Shown one piece after another: positions 40,701 to 51,000 of a stretch of 64,000 bases of DNA. The stretch spans positions 21,179,101 to 21,243,100 of the forward strand of contig NC_134025.1 of the NCBI RefSeq assembly GCF_964204645.1. Direction: 5' to 3'. This DNA comes from Tubulanus polymorphus. Its lineage: Eukaryota > Animalia > Nemertea. The translations under genes and the position numbers were made by a program. A model generated the notes under the pieces. The model did no database searches. It had not been told where the DNA came from and saw only the letters and a program-made list of their open reading frames with translations. Within the stretch, counting starts at the first letter, position 1, and every line of letters starts with the position of its first letter.

Positions 40701-43147
40701 ATTGTCTCGTTCGTCGTGGATTAAGCCCTTTTTTGTAAGTTTTGCTTACTCTCAACAGTGGTCGCTGGATCCGCCGCTGGATTTTCCTCTATCAGATAGA
40801 AGGTTATCGTTGCATGTAGATCATCATTTTATATTACACCTAATAGGGGGTAATTCATTAGTAACCACATACCCCCTAAATGAATTAGTTCATGGTTACT
40901 TTAAACGGTAGGAGTGGGGGTTAAAACGACGAGTGTAAAGTTCGTATGTGCCTACATAAAACATGATACCAATATCCTTCTACTTGCTTTAATAAAGAAG
41001 TTTCCAGTTTCCTTCGGCGATAGACGAGCTTCTGGCCACCGGTTTTCAGAAAACACGACGATATACGCTGACCGGAGACGGGTACGGGTGAGACAATATT
41101 GTACAGGGAGAGAATTCGTTGGAACCCAATTGGAGGGGGCCGATAAAGTAAGCCTGCGTACACCAAAGGGCGATATTTGTTGCGTATCATCAATGGCCGT
41201 GAAATCTGTGTATGCTTGAAACCTAAATTCAAAGTGAACAATAGTACTATTTTTTCGCTTTTCAATTTAGAAGATATGCCGTGCACGCGAATCGAGTTGT
41301 TGGTTAGTTGTTGGTTGAGATTCCTTTTTGTAATGGCTGAAAATCAGTTGTTATTCACATCTGGTTTAAATCGCAGGGATCGAATCCTTATACTAGACGA
41401 GTTCAGATAGAACGTCTGTAATGAAAGCTTAATAAATATCGATCGACTAGATTCCGTTTTTTCAAAACTATCGCCTTGTACGCACGATAACCTCCGTCAT
41501 TCGATGTCATTCTTTCGATTTCTAGATATCGTGACATATCTGTTTGAGAATGGGCGACACCATCTCTGATACTGTTGCTCACGGTTTCCCACAGTGTGTG
41601 TACATCACCATTTGTAAACAACCGCGTGTCAACAGACGCATCGACCACACTCGACCATTATATAGTTCCGATAATATTCAGATCATCGATGCGCGAGTGA
41701 GATCCGTATGTCGAAGCTCTGGAGGGACTGTCCATAAAAGGCGCCCACAAAAATACGTGGCCTCATTAGTTTTATGTAGCTTATCTATTGAAAATGATTT
41801 GAATTTCGTTATTGGAAATGAAATCTGTTTTTACCCTGGGCCTGAATTTGACCAATTTCAGTCACAAGGACTTGTTTGCGATTGATCATAACTGATCTGA
41901 GAGTTTTGTAGACTTTTGTTGTAGTTTTAATTTTTTAGCTATCATAAAACTGGGTCTTGATTTCCCTGCTTTTTCCATGTTCACACGAGAATCAAGATAT
42001 TAGGCCCCACAATGCAATAAAAAGGAATGTAGCCTAATACATTGAAACAGTGTGGATCCAATACTATCAAAAGCGATTCTTAATTCACCTTGTCACTTAA
42101 CGATCCTTTTTAAAGCCTATATAAGCATTATTACTGAAAGAATATGTCTGGTTGAAAAAGCGTCCATCTGTTGAAATTGAAATTGTTAATTTATACAAAT
42201 CATTATTGTCTTACTCATCCGCTTAGAGAATATATATGGACAGCTGCCATTGAAAATTGCGCTTTCGCGACCGATGAATATATATAACCGAAGATAAACG
42301 TGATAGAAGTTGTTTGAATAATTTTAACACCAGTCCGCAAAACACCGTGGGTCTTACTGGAGTTTTTTTCTGTTGTAACGGTCTGCGTATAATTTCATCG
42401 GCGATAGTTACCTCAAATCTATTCTCTAAAACAACGCTTTTGTACGTATATTTGCGTACATATTCGTGTTCGTTTATTCATATGTTCCTCGTTGATGGTT
42501 TGAGTTGCGCCGCCGCCGCCGTTTCCCACCAAGTTCTATACACATGCAATACCTTGCATGCGGAACGTTGCGCGTATTTGTTTGAAATGTTAGGCGTTTG
42601 TTAAAGCGGCGTCATTTTTCAGCCTTCAACAGACAATTCCTCGGGATAAGATAAACTAAGTGCTCGTTTAAGAAAAACTATGTATAAAAGAAAACAATAC
42701 ACACTTACCCAGAACGAGAGTCAACATGTCAGATATCGCCAAACTGAATAAGTAATAGTTCGTCGCGGTTTTCATGTAAGTATTTTTCGCGATGACTATG
42801 CACGTGCACGTGTTACCGACAGTTCCACTTACGAATATTAAGCAATATATCAATGTCAAAACGATTGTTAAAGGAAAGCTAGTATGTCGTCTCTCGCCTA
42901 GAGCGGCGATAAGCAATTCTTCGTCGCTTAGATTGTTAAAACCCGGTGGATTTTCGCACAGAAACGAACTGTTTTCGTACTGCGGCGTCGGCAGGAAATT
43001 GCTACCGTTCAAAATCGCCAGTTCTGAAATGTTACTTCGCGAAACGTTTGCGAAGGCACCGCCGAATTTGTAAGCCTCGCTGTCGGACATGTTGGCCGAT
43101 ATATCCATTACTAGCTGCAAAACACTCTGAGAAAGGAGAAAATTCAT
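1245..43147 (-). CDS. Whole spliced CDS: class A neuropeptide GPCR, neuromedin U / pyrokinin / CAPA (PRXamide) receptor-like, ~538 aa; join(complement 43147-42709, 17159-16611, 2592-2461, 1741-1245)
   Basis: Four exons join in frame at canonical GT-AG sites (439+549+132+497=1617 nt). Motifs: TM1 GN, TM2 LAxxD, ECL1 WQAYPWVFG, TM3 ERY, TM6 CWAPFHLQRL, TM7 NPILY, C-terminal CCC. ERY together with CWAPFHxQRL is typical of NMU/PRXamide receptors. The start could instead be ATG 43108. Confidence 0.93.
2125..2223 (-). mobile_element. Short element with tRNA B-box and CATCCTC-type ends
   Basis: Minus strand GGGTTCGAATCCC; right end GGCAAGCGAGGATG is identical to the TIR of 3345-3530; flanked by (TATG)n. 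Confidence 0.5.
2461..2592 (-). CDS. GPCR coding exon 3 (TM6, ECL3)
   Basis: Acceptor gttacAG|TG at 2593/2592; translation VAVVVAFFVCWAPFHLQRLWAIYIPQDKWTDALSAVHSHIFNLS; donor TCA G|GTGCGT at 2461/2460; 132 nt. Confidence 0.95.
3345..3530. mobile_element. MITE with perfect 14-bp TIR
   Basis: CATCCTCGCTTGCC ... GGCAAGCGAGGATG; no clear TSD seen. Confidence 0.7.
8374..8502 (-). mobile_element. Short element with CATCCTCCC/GGGAGGATG ends and internal tRNA B-box
   Basis: 9-bp inverted ends; minus strand GGTTCGAATCCCC; same layout as 2125-2223. Confidence 0.55.
9507..9840 (+). mobile_element. Palindromic Penelope-like remnant with degenerate hammerhead motif
   Basis: ~50-bp inverted arms (9507-9557 vs 9766-9814) and an inner inverted pair (ACAAAGGACTGAGTGATT / AATCACTCAGTCCCTTTGT). 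CTGATGA-GGCT..AGCC-GATA at 9705-9734. Tail CACGGATAT shared with 28195-28533. Confidence 0.6.
10208..10232. mobile_element. Ultra-short CAT...ATG palindromic insertion with 7-bp TSD
   Basis: ATACAGC [CATATAGACTCCTGTAGAGTCCATG] ATATAGC; one mismatch in the duplication. Confidence 0.45.
11780..12240 (+). mobile_element. Possible decayed non-LTR retroelement 5' fragment
   Basis: GC-richer island whose phrases recall RTE-type leader sequences; no ORF support and recognition from memory only. Confidence 0.2.
14216..14273. repeat. Compound (ATT)n/(ATC)n microsatellite
   Basis: Directly visible. Confidence 0.97.
15214..15636 (-). repeat. Dispersed repeat family A (~420 bp), reverse copy
   Basis: Reverse complement of the family A landmarks: GACCGGCAACCAGTCTA..GCCCCGATATATT, TGTAACGGTTTTTACAGCGT, AACTAACTTGAAAG. 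Confidence 0.85.
16611..17159 (-). CDS. GPCR coding exon 2 (ECL1, TM3-TM5, ICL3)
   Basis: Acceptor ttttcAG|GT at 17160/17159; translation GLPPEVFGIWQAYPWVFGKPFCYFKIFLSEMTSSASVLTITAFTIERYIAICHP...RKTVLKML; donor TTA G|GTACGT at 16611/16610; 549 nt, phase 1-1. Confidence 0.95.
18835..19090. mobile_element. MITE, CAGG-GCGGATCCAG family, 5-bp TSD
   Basis: TIRs CAGGTGCGGATCCAG / CTGGATCTGCGCCTG; AGAAA duplicated on both sides. Confidence 0.85.
22477..22780. mobile_element. MITE with long (~80-bp) imperfect TIRs
   Basis: TAAGGGTCATCCCGTAAAATTCCTGGTATGCAAAT... pairs with ...ATTTGCATACCGGGAATTTTACGCGATGGCCCTTA; pairing extends outward to TATGGT/ACCATA. Confidence 0.85.
23478..23499. repeat. (CCG)7 microsatellite
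   Basis: Directly visible. Confidence 0.9.
27395..27819 (+). repeat. Dispersed repeat family A, forward copy
   Basis: GACGCCGTAAAAA..., GTGCACTACGTCATCAATATT, GGGGCTAGACTGGTTGCCGGTCA, ending AATAAAC..AGTTAGTTTTCTCGTTT; colinear with the 45559 and 54897 copies. Confidence 0.9.
28315..28391 (-). mobile_element. Truncated CAG-TSD MITE at the centre of the palindrome
   Basis: Reverse complement of 53519-53590 (GATCC.GTTC.A.AGTCGTGAG...CAATGAGTTAACT); CAG on both flanks. Confidence 0.7.
28397..28436 (+). ncRNA. Minimal type-I hammerhead ribozyme motif (stem II partly decayed)
   Basis: TTC-CTGAAGA-TGACTATTTGAATACAATC-GAAA-CG-TC-GAA: intact core, 3-bp stem I, palindromic ACGT stem III. Confidence 0.6.
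29420..29528. mobile_element. Fully palindromic MITE, CAG TSD (PIF/Harbinger-like)
   Basis: GGGCCGGTTTTATAGACTGGTA... / ...TACCAGTCTATGGAACCGGCC; near-complete hairpin; CAG on both sides. Confidence 0.85.
30476..30734 (-). mobile_element. tRNA-derived SINE interrupted by a MITE
   Basis: Minus strand A-box-like GGGCGAGTGGTTAG and B-box GTTCGAATCCC, then GGGTAAGACACTTATCC..CTCTCTCCACCC..GTAAAT..CTCCCCAGGGAG, resembling conserved SINE central domains (CORE/Deu type). Confidence 0.75.
30547..30625. mobile_element. Short MITE nested in the SINE
   Basis: TIRs GGCCCGGTTTCACAAAA / TTTTGTTAAACCGGGCC. Confidence 0.8.
31546..31586 (-). ncRNA. Minimal type-I hammerhead ribozyme motif, intact core
   Basis: Minus strand CAC-CTGATGA-AGCTTCTA-TACAC-TAGTAGC-GAAA-GC-TC-GTG: stem I CAC/GTG, stem II GCT.CTA/TAG.AGC, palindromic AGCT stem III; predicted cleavage after C31549. 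Confidence 0.75.
31692..31917 (+). repeat. Dispersed repeat family B, copy 2 (partial)
   Basis: CCCCCGAATCCATAAATT.TCACAGGACC ... AGCGAACCTGGTGGCTCCTC..CGATTGCCACAGTA. Confidence 0.8.
32709..32930 (-). repeat. Family A, 3' half (reverse)
   Basis: AAACTAAATTGAAAGTTTATT ... GACCGACAATCAGTCTAGCCCGATATATTGATGACGTAGTGCACATC. Confidence 0.8.
34266..34490 (-). repeat. Family A, 5' half (reverse)
   Basis: GTGCACATC...GCCAATATTGATGACGTAGTGCACATCGACTCAC...CGGCTTTTACAGCGT. Confidence 0.8.
34540..34722. mobile_element. GC-rich MITE-like element with overlapping inverted repeats
   Basis: GCCGGCTTATGTCGA / TCGACATAAGCCAGC; also CGGCTTGCGACG / CGTCGCAAGCCG and GCAACTAGC / GCTAGTTGC. Confidence 0.6.
35460..35719 (-). 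mobile_element. Truncated reverse copy of the 44186-44463 MITE
   Basis: Ends CACGGGCCTG; internal AAATTGTATCCAAATTTCGGAAATCTTGAC matches the reverse complement of 44272-44303. Confidence 0.7.
37363..37488. mobile_element. MITE, CAG TSD family
   Basis: GCCCCAGTTGTACAGT / ACTGCGCAATTGGGTC; CAG on both flanks. Confidence 0.7.
41839..41956. mobile_element. Degenerate MITE, probably the CWG-TSD family
   Basis: GGCCTGAATTT ... AAAACTGGGTC; flanks CTG and TTG. Confidence 0.4.
42709..43147 (-). CDS. GPCR coding exon 1 (glycosylated N-terminus, TM1, ICL1, most of TM2)
   Basis: Translation ...LIYCLIFVSGTVGNTCTCIVIAKNTYMKTATNYYLFSLAISDMLTLVL; donor CTG G|GTAAGT at 42709/42708. N-terminal N-x-S/T sites NMS, NVS, NIS, NGS, NSS, NLS. 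Start codon uncertain (43147 or 43108). Confidence 0.9.
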
Positions 43148-44050
43148 AATAACAAATACCGCTTGTTGTTCTCGTATTTCCGATAGACTTCCGTTTGGTT
43201 AAAAAAAGCATAATCCAACGCGTCGGCGAAAACGATCCATTTTTCCATATTGTGCGCACCGCACGCACCACAAACCAATTAGCGAACCTTTCGCACACTA
43301 CTTCTACCGAAAATACGTCGAGCAAATTTTTCACTTTATTCCCGCACTTAAACGACGGGAAGTTACGATGCGCTTAACCAATTTCAGTGCGCGTGCAATA
43401 TGTTATTTGTTATTTGTGGCAAACTCCATATCCTTTCGAATATTTGAAGGTATTTCGCATGAAAAAAACATACGCAAACGGTAAGTCCATCTTAATCTTT
43501 ATTACTTATAGACTCCGAGTACGTTTGTCGCCCGGTGGAAGCGAAGTTCTGACGATGCGGCTCGTATCGTGAGGCGATGCGCGCTGCTGACAGCCTTGCT
43601 CTGATTGGTTCTCGCAGCGGTGAGAGCCTGATGACGACTGAGGATCGCGATCGGTACCTACGCACGTAACCGCGATCGAGCGTACATATCCGAAAACATT
43701 CGACTTATCAGTTCAAACTCGTAGTACGGTGGTGAGATCGAAGGTTTCGGTAATCGTTCATTCGTCGACACAAAATCTGTAAGAACAAAGTAATTAAGCA
43801 TTCGCTTTAGAGAATAGATTGTCCGACAACTCGAGCGCCAGAGTTAGTTTCTATATCGACGCACAGATGGTTGGGGTTAATTTCATCCCAACCGCCACGC
43901 ACTCGGCATGACTTCTATAAATAATTGACACTCATATCTAGCCATGAGACGCAACGACATACAATTCGTTTGGTAATTAAACACAGTGTACAAATGATCA
44001 CTGAAGCAGCTTATTATACGCCAGTTTATTTCTGGAAATATTGATGTATG

Positions 44051-44616
44051 TAGGGGCGGATCCAGAAATTTGAGCAGAGGGGGTCATGCGCAAGGTGTTT
44101 TCCCAGCTTTTTCTATTATTTCAATGAAATAATGCATTCATAAAAATGTGTGCATGATAAACCTATACAGTCATTTTTGGCAGACCAGGCCCGTGCTGAG
44201 GGGGGTTCAAGGATAGCGAATGAACCCCCTCAAAGTGCCCTTTAAATTACGTGTCATGTCGAAAGATTTGCGTCAAGATTTTTCCAAATTTTGATACAAT
44301 TTTCGGAAAATGATAAGGAATCCATTCTCATTTATTCAGGTACCCGGGCACTTCATATTTACGATCTGAGTCATTTTTCAATAGGAAAGCTCCCTTTTTC
44401 ACGGCAAAAATGCCCCTTTTCTTGAAATAGAACTGCCCCTCAAAAAAGCTCGACACGGGCCTGCAGACGCCGAAACGGCAGTCGACAGAGATTTGAATTG
44501 TGGTATTGTGGTTAGTTTCATAATCAATACGATTGATATCACAATCAGAAAAAAATTTCGAACACGGAGCAGGGGGATCGAGACCCCTAAACCCTCCCCA
44601 CTTAGATTCGTCCCTG
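44051..44616. mobile_element. MITE, CAGGGGCGGATCCAG family, 5-bp TSD, hosting a nested MITE
   Basis: TAGGGGCGGATCCAG / TTAGATTCGTCCCTG; GTATG duplicated at 44046-44050 and 44617-44621. Confidence 0.8.
44186..44463. mobile_element. Nested MITE, 5-bp TSD
   Basis: TIRs CAGGCCCGTG / CACGGGCCTG; CAGAC duplicated at 44181-44185 and 44464-44468. Confidence 0.88.
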
Positions 44617-45558
44617 GTATGTATTACATGAGTTGGTTTATTCAATGTATTTCGTTCGTTTCAACCGAACTACGATCTTTATCCGGGAATTATAACTCGT
44701 CGATGAAGAATTCTCTCGAATTTGTTCGTCGACCTTTGAATTGTGTACGATGGCACGAAATCATCGTTGATTGTATTGACATTTTTTCAGATCCACACAC
44801 TCCACGAACGTGTAGCGCGAGGCACAATGAACGGGAGATACACGCGGTGCATTTTGCCTACTAGATATTTTCCGCCGAATGGTCACTCAACAATCATCAA
44901 ACCGTACATGCATACTACGTACACTGCGATAAAATTAATTAATACGCGATGAGCGATGATGGATTAATTTTGTGAATGGCAAATTGATATCCGCGGATAA
45001 TGAACGAATGTCAGTGACTTCTGACGTTTACAAATCGCCGAATGACATCGGCTCGACGTGGTCGTACGGAAAAAACAAATTCCAACATGTCCGTAAACGG
45101 GAAGTTATGCCAATAGCATCGCTTTAATCGAACTCTCATCAATTTCTCGTCGATCAGTAGTTCTCATATAGGTATCTCGTAATCTGTATACGTTGAAAGC
45201 GCTTTGTCAAAATTGAGATAGATATTCCGCGCGAGATACTCTTTCGATCGTTTCCAAAGGTATCGGTTAGAGCATCGTCGATTATTGAAAAACCAACACA
45301 ACAACCAACGGCTCGTTGCGGTGGTAGAACTATAAAGTTTATATTTTGGTTTCTTCGAAATATACCACATTCCCTGCATTATTGCATGAAATAGTGTATG
45401 TTACACCTTGGTGTAATCATTTGAAATGATTACTCCAAGGTTATACAGAATATCAACTACGGTGTCGATAAAGGTAGCTTTACAGCCCACCATTGTTAAA
45501 ATAAGGATGTAATATTCGAATATAGGCAGTATAAATCTAAACAACTCAAGATGTTTTT

Positions 45559-45961
45559 TGACGCCGTAAAAACCGTTACAATAACGTTTATATACATTGA
45601 TACCTAACACGCGTTATTCAAGGGCCTCTGTGTGTGTCGTTGTGCACTAAGTCATCCTTATTGGCGTTTCAATTACAATTGTGAATTTTGGCATTTATTC
45701 TTGTCATCAAATATATTTCATTACTCTTATTCTTTGATAAATTTTGAATATTTTTGAGAAGATTTGCACTATGTCATCGATATATTGGGGCTAGACTGGT
45801 TGCCGGTCAATTCAATTAATCATTGAAATTTAAATCCAAAATAACTTATTGATCCTTGATTTTATCTAAATCATATTATATCATTTATTGTCGACGATAT
45901 TAAGCAATATATGTGTTATTTTTCTAGGCATCAATAAAGTTTCAAGTTAGTTTTCTCGTTT
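45559..45961 (+). repeat. Dispersed repeat family A, forward copy
   Basis: Same landmarks as 27395-27819. Confidence 0.9.
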
Positions 45962-47962
45962 ACCCTTTTTATCGATAAATGGCATTATAGTTAACGCAAG
46001 ATTCACAGTTTCACCCTTATTTTTAGAACTAAGTAATTGAACCAATTCATTCACGGGTGGTCTGAAATACTAATACATGTCTGTTTTTATAAACTGAATT
46101 TTCAGATCGTCGAACACAGGACAAATGAGTGAAAAATGATACCCATCTACGATGTCATTACTGTCACAAAATAATAAATGATAAAATGAAAATAACTCAT
46201 AATAGAAACCGAAGTTAATGTATATTTCAACGACTCAATTTGTGCGGGTTGTATTGGAATTACCAAGTTCACTTTTCATTACGACCGAGATTGAAATGGA
46301 ATAAGTGTCAAATTCATCCACCGATCGAGAATCAAGATTAAAGTGTCGAAAATTATAGACATGACGTTACAGCGCAGTTGCGAGAGCTATATGCGATGCA
46401 TTGCTTTTCCGTCGTCGACGACCTAATCTGAAACTTTTTGGTTACACATTCGATGTCTCCGATCTGCTGCCGTTACAACGGCGCACTTTCTGCTCGACAG
46501 AACTCCACATCGACCTTGCATTATGTGACATGCTCCTCACACGAACACCACCTTTATACGGAAACGATACGTATTGCAGATAACAGAAGCTTTCTATGAG
46601 AGGGTTCGTGATTTGGATATTGCACGAAATTAGCGCATTATTTCTTTGTAACGAAAAAAAAAGAAAAACAATAAAGAAGTTCCAGTTTCTTGCCGCCACA
46701 ACATGATGGCGCCTAAAAACTTCTTTATTTCGAAGAAAAAATCACTGCCTTTCGAAACGGCCGGCAAACGCACATAGACATTTTGATTTGATGGATCTAC
46801 TAGGAGAAAACAGTTTCTATTGCATCTAGCTATAAACTATGCAAGAGAAATGATTGCGTCCCATTTACTAGCATTCCGACTATCAATGTCACAATTCAGA
46901 CCGCAATAGCTTCATTTTTTCTGCAATTATGAGTTTGAGAAGGGCATCTAAATCTAGACATCGAGCAAATCAAGTTGTTGTGCAACAGCGACAACAATGA
47001 CGTCCGCGTTCTTGGTATAACGATCAATGAATATGTAAAATTTCTTTTGATCCGTCTATCATGGGGAAATTCATTACGACCGAAAGAATCCCTATTTGAA
47101 TCAAAACTATTGTTCGGCCGTTATATAGTAAGATTGCTACAGATGTTCCATTTCGTAATGCCTGTCGGATGAGTGATCTGGTGGTATTCATTAAATTCGT
47201 CTCGACGTGCATACTATATTGTCACGCTATTCAAACATATCCTGCTCTGCTTTTTCCAATACAGGTGCCATTTTTGTAGTCTGTTTGGGGCAATATATGA
47301 TGTTTAATTCACGCGCTGCTCTGTTTTCTTAAGTGCAAATTGAGAAAGCGAATGAAGCTTTCTTCGTTGTTTTTCTGCCAGAAATTTATGGCATTCCGTT
47401 CTGACAGATTTTCCAAGTTTTCCCCCCGTTGGCATGTCTATTTTCAAACCATAAACTGCGAATGGCGACAAAGTCTAGCGGGTAGAACAGATGTAATGCA
47501 GCCGCAAAAAGGTCTAATTTTCTCTCAGCGATTTTCTTGGCATTAACCATTTCTAGTTCGTTTGAATGTTGACAACGTTTTTGTGTCGGCGGTGAAATGT
47601 TAAAAGAGCTCCGCGACGCGTTTGAGAGGATCAGACTTAATTAAATATCTATTGATCAGCCAAACGAATCGATCTCAAAATAGACAGAGTGTGTTGCGAC
47701 ATGACTACCTATGCTCTTTCTGTCTCTGATTCTTTCGGAGGAGACATACCAGGTCGGAAAATACAAAATCCCTTAGCACTTAAATACCAAAGGCGTGCGT
47801 CGGAAAAAGGTGACCGTAATACAAGACCCTCTGGAATACTTCCTTCTTTTACTTTTAGTTCTATGCTTTTATGCTGCTGAATAGCGAGGAACAGGTTTCC
47901 AATTGATTTATTTATGTAGTCCGAGAGCTTTGACGTATTTGAATGTCATACATATATATATG

Positions 47963-47966
<4 letters not shown>

Positions 47967-48049
<83 letters not shown>
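47967..48049. repeat. (TA)n microsatellite
   Basis: Directly visible. Confidence 0.98.
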
Positions 48050-48054
<5 letters not shown>

Positions 48055-51000
48055 TTTCGAATCCCATCTAAATGTAAATCTCCAAAATACGCGGAAGATA
48101 GCATCGGGAATAGGAAAAAAACAGTGTATACTTCTAACGATATAACTATATCGGACGAGACAGGTCAAATTGATACGCTGTTACACTTGAACGTTTGATT
48201 CTCGACCAGCTCGCGGGATTTACAACAGAAATAAATCATATAGTTACACATATCTATACAGTTGAGACGAATAGACTTAGATCGCAACAAGAGACTCACG
48301 GATATTTAGCGAACGGTGCGGGTAGGCTAGATCTTCCGCGATAAAAGTGTCCTGTCATGACAAACGTCGGCTGCTATCCAGAGCGAAGCTCGATGGATAT
48401 ATTAAGCTCGGTGTATTTGTGGCCGTATTACGGCTAGTCATGATCTCCTTTGACAAATTGTTCGGAAACAATCAGCCCCAGTCAACTTCTCTCAGTCAAT
48501 GTCTCAGACTTTACGCAGGAAATGGGCTTCCAATATTTGCATCCAGAATAATAGTACCGTATTTGATTGCCACTGCGTGCGCTAATATGTCCGCGCACAC
48601 CTGTAATTTCCACTTTTCCCTTCTATTTCTGCGACAAATAATGAAATCAATTTGCCCCTTTCTGTTGTGATTAAGTGACATAAAACGTTTTGCGTGTTAC
48701 ATTTTGTTTTCATTTACTTAGACCTGTGGAAGATGGATATCTATTTGCGTCAGGTCATTAAGCGAAGCGCGGCGATATTTCTAAAATGGTAATTTGCAAT
48801 ACTGCGATGTTTACGCGTCAGTAAAAATGTATTAGACGATGAAAAATTATCGTTTTTTTTACTCTTGTGAAACCACCGTGATGATTTTACCATTTACAAC
48901 CGCGCGAATACCAACTGAGATTTTCAATCATCGGGGTATATTGTTGATTTTCCTATTTGACATTAAGATTATGATACTTCCCGAAAAAAACACTTCCATT
49001 AGGCTTATTGGATATACAGTGTCAGTGTCATCATACGTACATCAACAAATCAATTATCTATGAAATACAAAATTACTATACGATCAATCATGTTAGATAT
49101 AGTCCGATCATTAAATCTTAATCATTTAATCATGTGAAATTGGAACATTTTTAAAACTGTGCTGTGTATTTCCATCATATACTTTGGAAAACGTCTACTC
49201 TGCTGCAGTTTACAGTTCACTTTGCGACTTCTCTTATCTTATCTAAAATCTTATTTTCAATGCCATTTCGTAGCCTATCATATTTTTACATTAAGTGCCA
49301 CATAACTGACACTAAGTTAACGTGTAACAAAAAAGACACGTGTTGTAACGTGTTCCAAAAAATTGTTTTTAATCATAAGACTGGTTTTGAGTTGTTAAAT
49401 CGGCTATAGAACCAAGATGGCCGAGCCTTTAATTTATGTCTTGACCGCGCAACTGGTCTTGCAAACACGTCACTCGCCATATAAATCATCTAATCGTTCA
49501 GAGTCGGCTTAGTATCGCGAGGGTGACTTGAGTTTGTATTTATATTTCGCACGTTTTTTTTTCCCATAACAATATTGAATCCTCGAGGATGGTTTAGTGC
49601 AGTTACCTACCGATTCCATTTTCTCGGTGATCTCCGAGCGATATCCCACGTCCCGCAGGTCTTGATGGATGTGCCCGCACGCACAAACCACCTTGAACGA
49701 AATCAGCGTCCTCCGAAGTATCGAGCCAGACGTACCAAAGCTCGCATAGAAGCCTTACGCGTACACGGTGGTCATTTTTCAAATCTCCCCACTATCAATC
49801 AAGTCGGTGTAATCAAAAATGTCCGTATAGATGTATGTGAACCGGACTCATCAAAATTGCTTCGTATACGAGCCCCCGAGTACGATTTCGTGGCCAGATT
49901 TCTCCGTCGGTTATCGACTCCCCATCTGTTATTCGTCGTATCGATGATCCGGGATACTAATAACACAGAGTAGGCAGATGTGTTTCCGTAAAAGACGACA
50001 ATTATTGATATACGCGCGATTAAAAATCTCTTGTTTATCGGCTCAGTTTCGTCGGACAAAATAAACGAAGTCGATGTTTTTTTGTCCAGTGTGACTGGAT
50101 ATTTTTCAACTTATCGCGCATCGTTATCTGGGAACGAACAGAAGTTGAGAGTGTTGACGATAAATGACCCTTGAAGAAATCGACGCCGTTTCACAGTAAA
50201 AACCGCACTGCGCTAATATAATCCATCAACGTTTTGCATTCCCGGCGGGACGAATACCCAATAAACCTGGGAAATTATTCGCCCAATTCATCATAACAAA
50301 ATCGTCGTGTGTGATTAACTAAACTGCGCGAAATCAGTACACGGGGGTTAATCATTCCAAGCGATCAGCAGCATTGAAACCTATTATTCAACGGAGTCCC
50401 GCCACCGCGGCGGATCCCCTATTATGTAATATTAGAAAAAAAACATAATTCTTTGAAGGAAATAATAATACGCGCACCTCAAAGAACGATATTCGTTCTA
50501 TTAGCCGATATTGTTTTGCCATATGTCACCGAGTGCAAACGCGAATGATATCATTTTCAACCTGGTTAACAGCGCGCGCCAATACATCATTGACAGGGGC
50601 TCGTGTTCTAAGCAAATGGATGCTGTGTTAGTTGTGCGGCGAAAGCAATTTCAGAGATCGTCTCCAGTGACAATAAATCCTCGTATGATGTTAGTACACA
50701 CATATACGTTACATCAGCACTTTGGAATAGTTTTCTCAGCACTCGACCGTCTGGACAGGAAATTTCCCGAGGCAAAGTTAGCGTTGCCATCGATAACACT
50801 ACACAGACATCATGTATAATCGAAGTGAAGCCCAGATGTCCTTCTGTCTCAAAACGAGTTAGGACGTTCGACGTAATTGGCTCCTATCCACCAACAGCCC
50901 GAAATGCTTATTGCGGTATTCTTCCACCGGAGCTGGACCACAGGGATTGAACGATTGTCGGTTTGCTATTGTCGATGATACTCGTTGTCACTCCAATCAA

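Noticed and set aside
47903-48168. ORFs with long YIYIYI runs (also 56234-56769)
   Set aside because: They are translations of (TA)n microsatellites.
49575-49973. 132-aa plus-strand ORF
   Set aside because: TTG start and no domain; the region is better explained as CpG-rich non-coding or UTR sequence.
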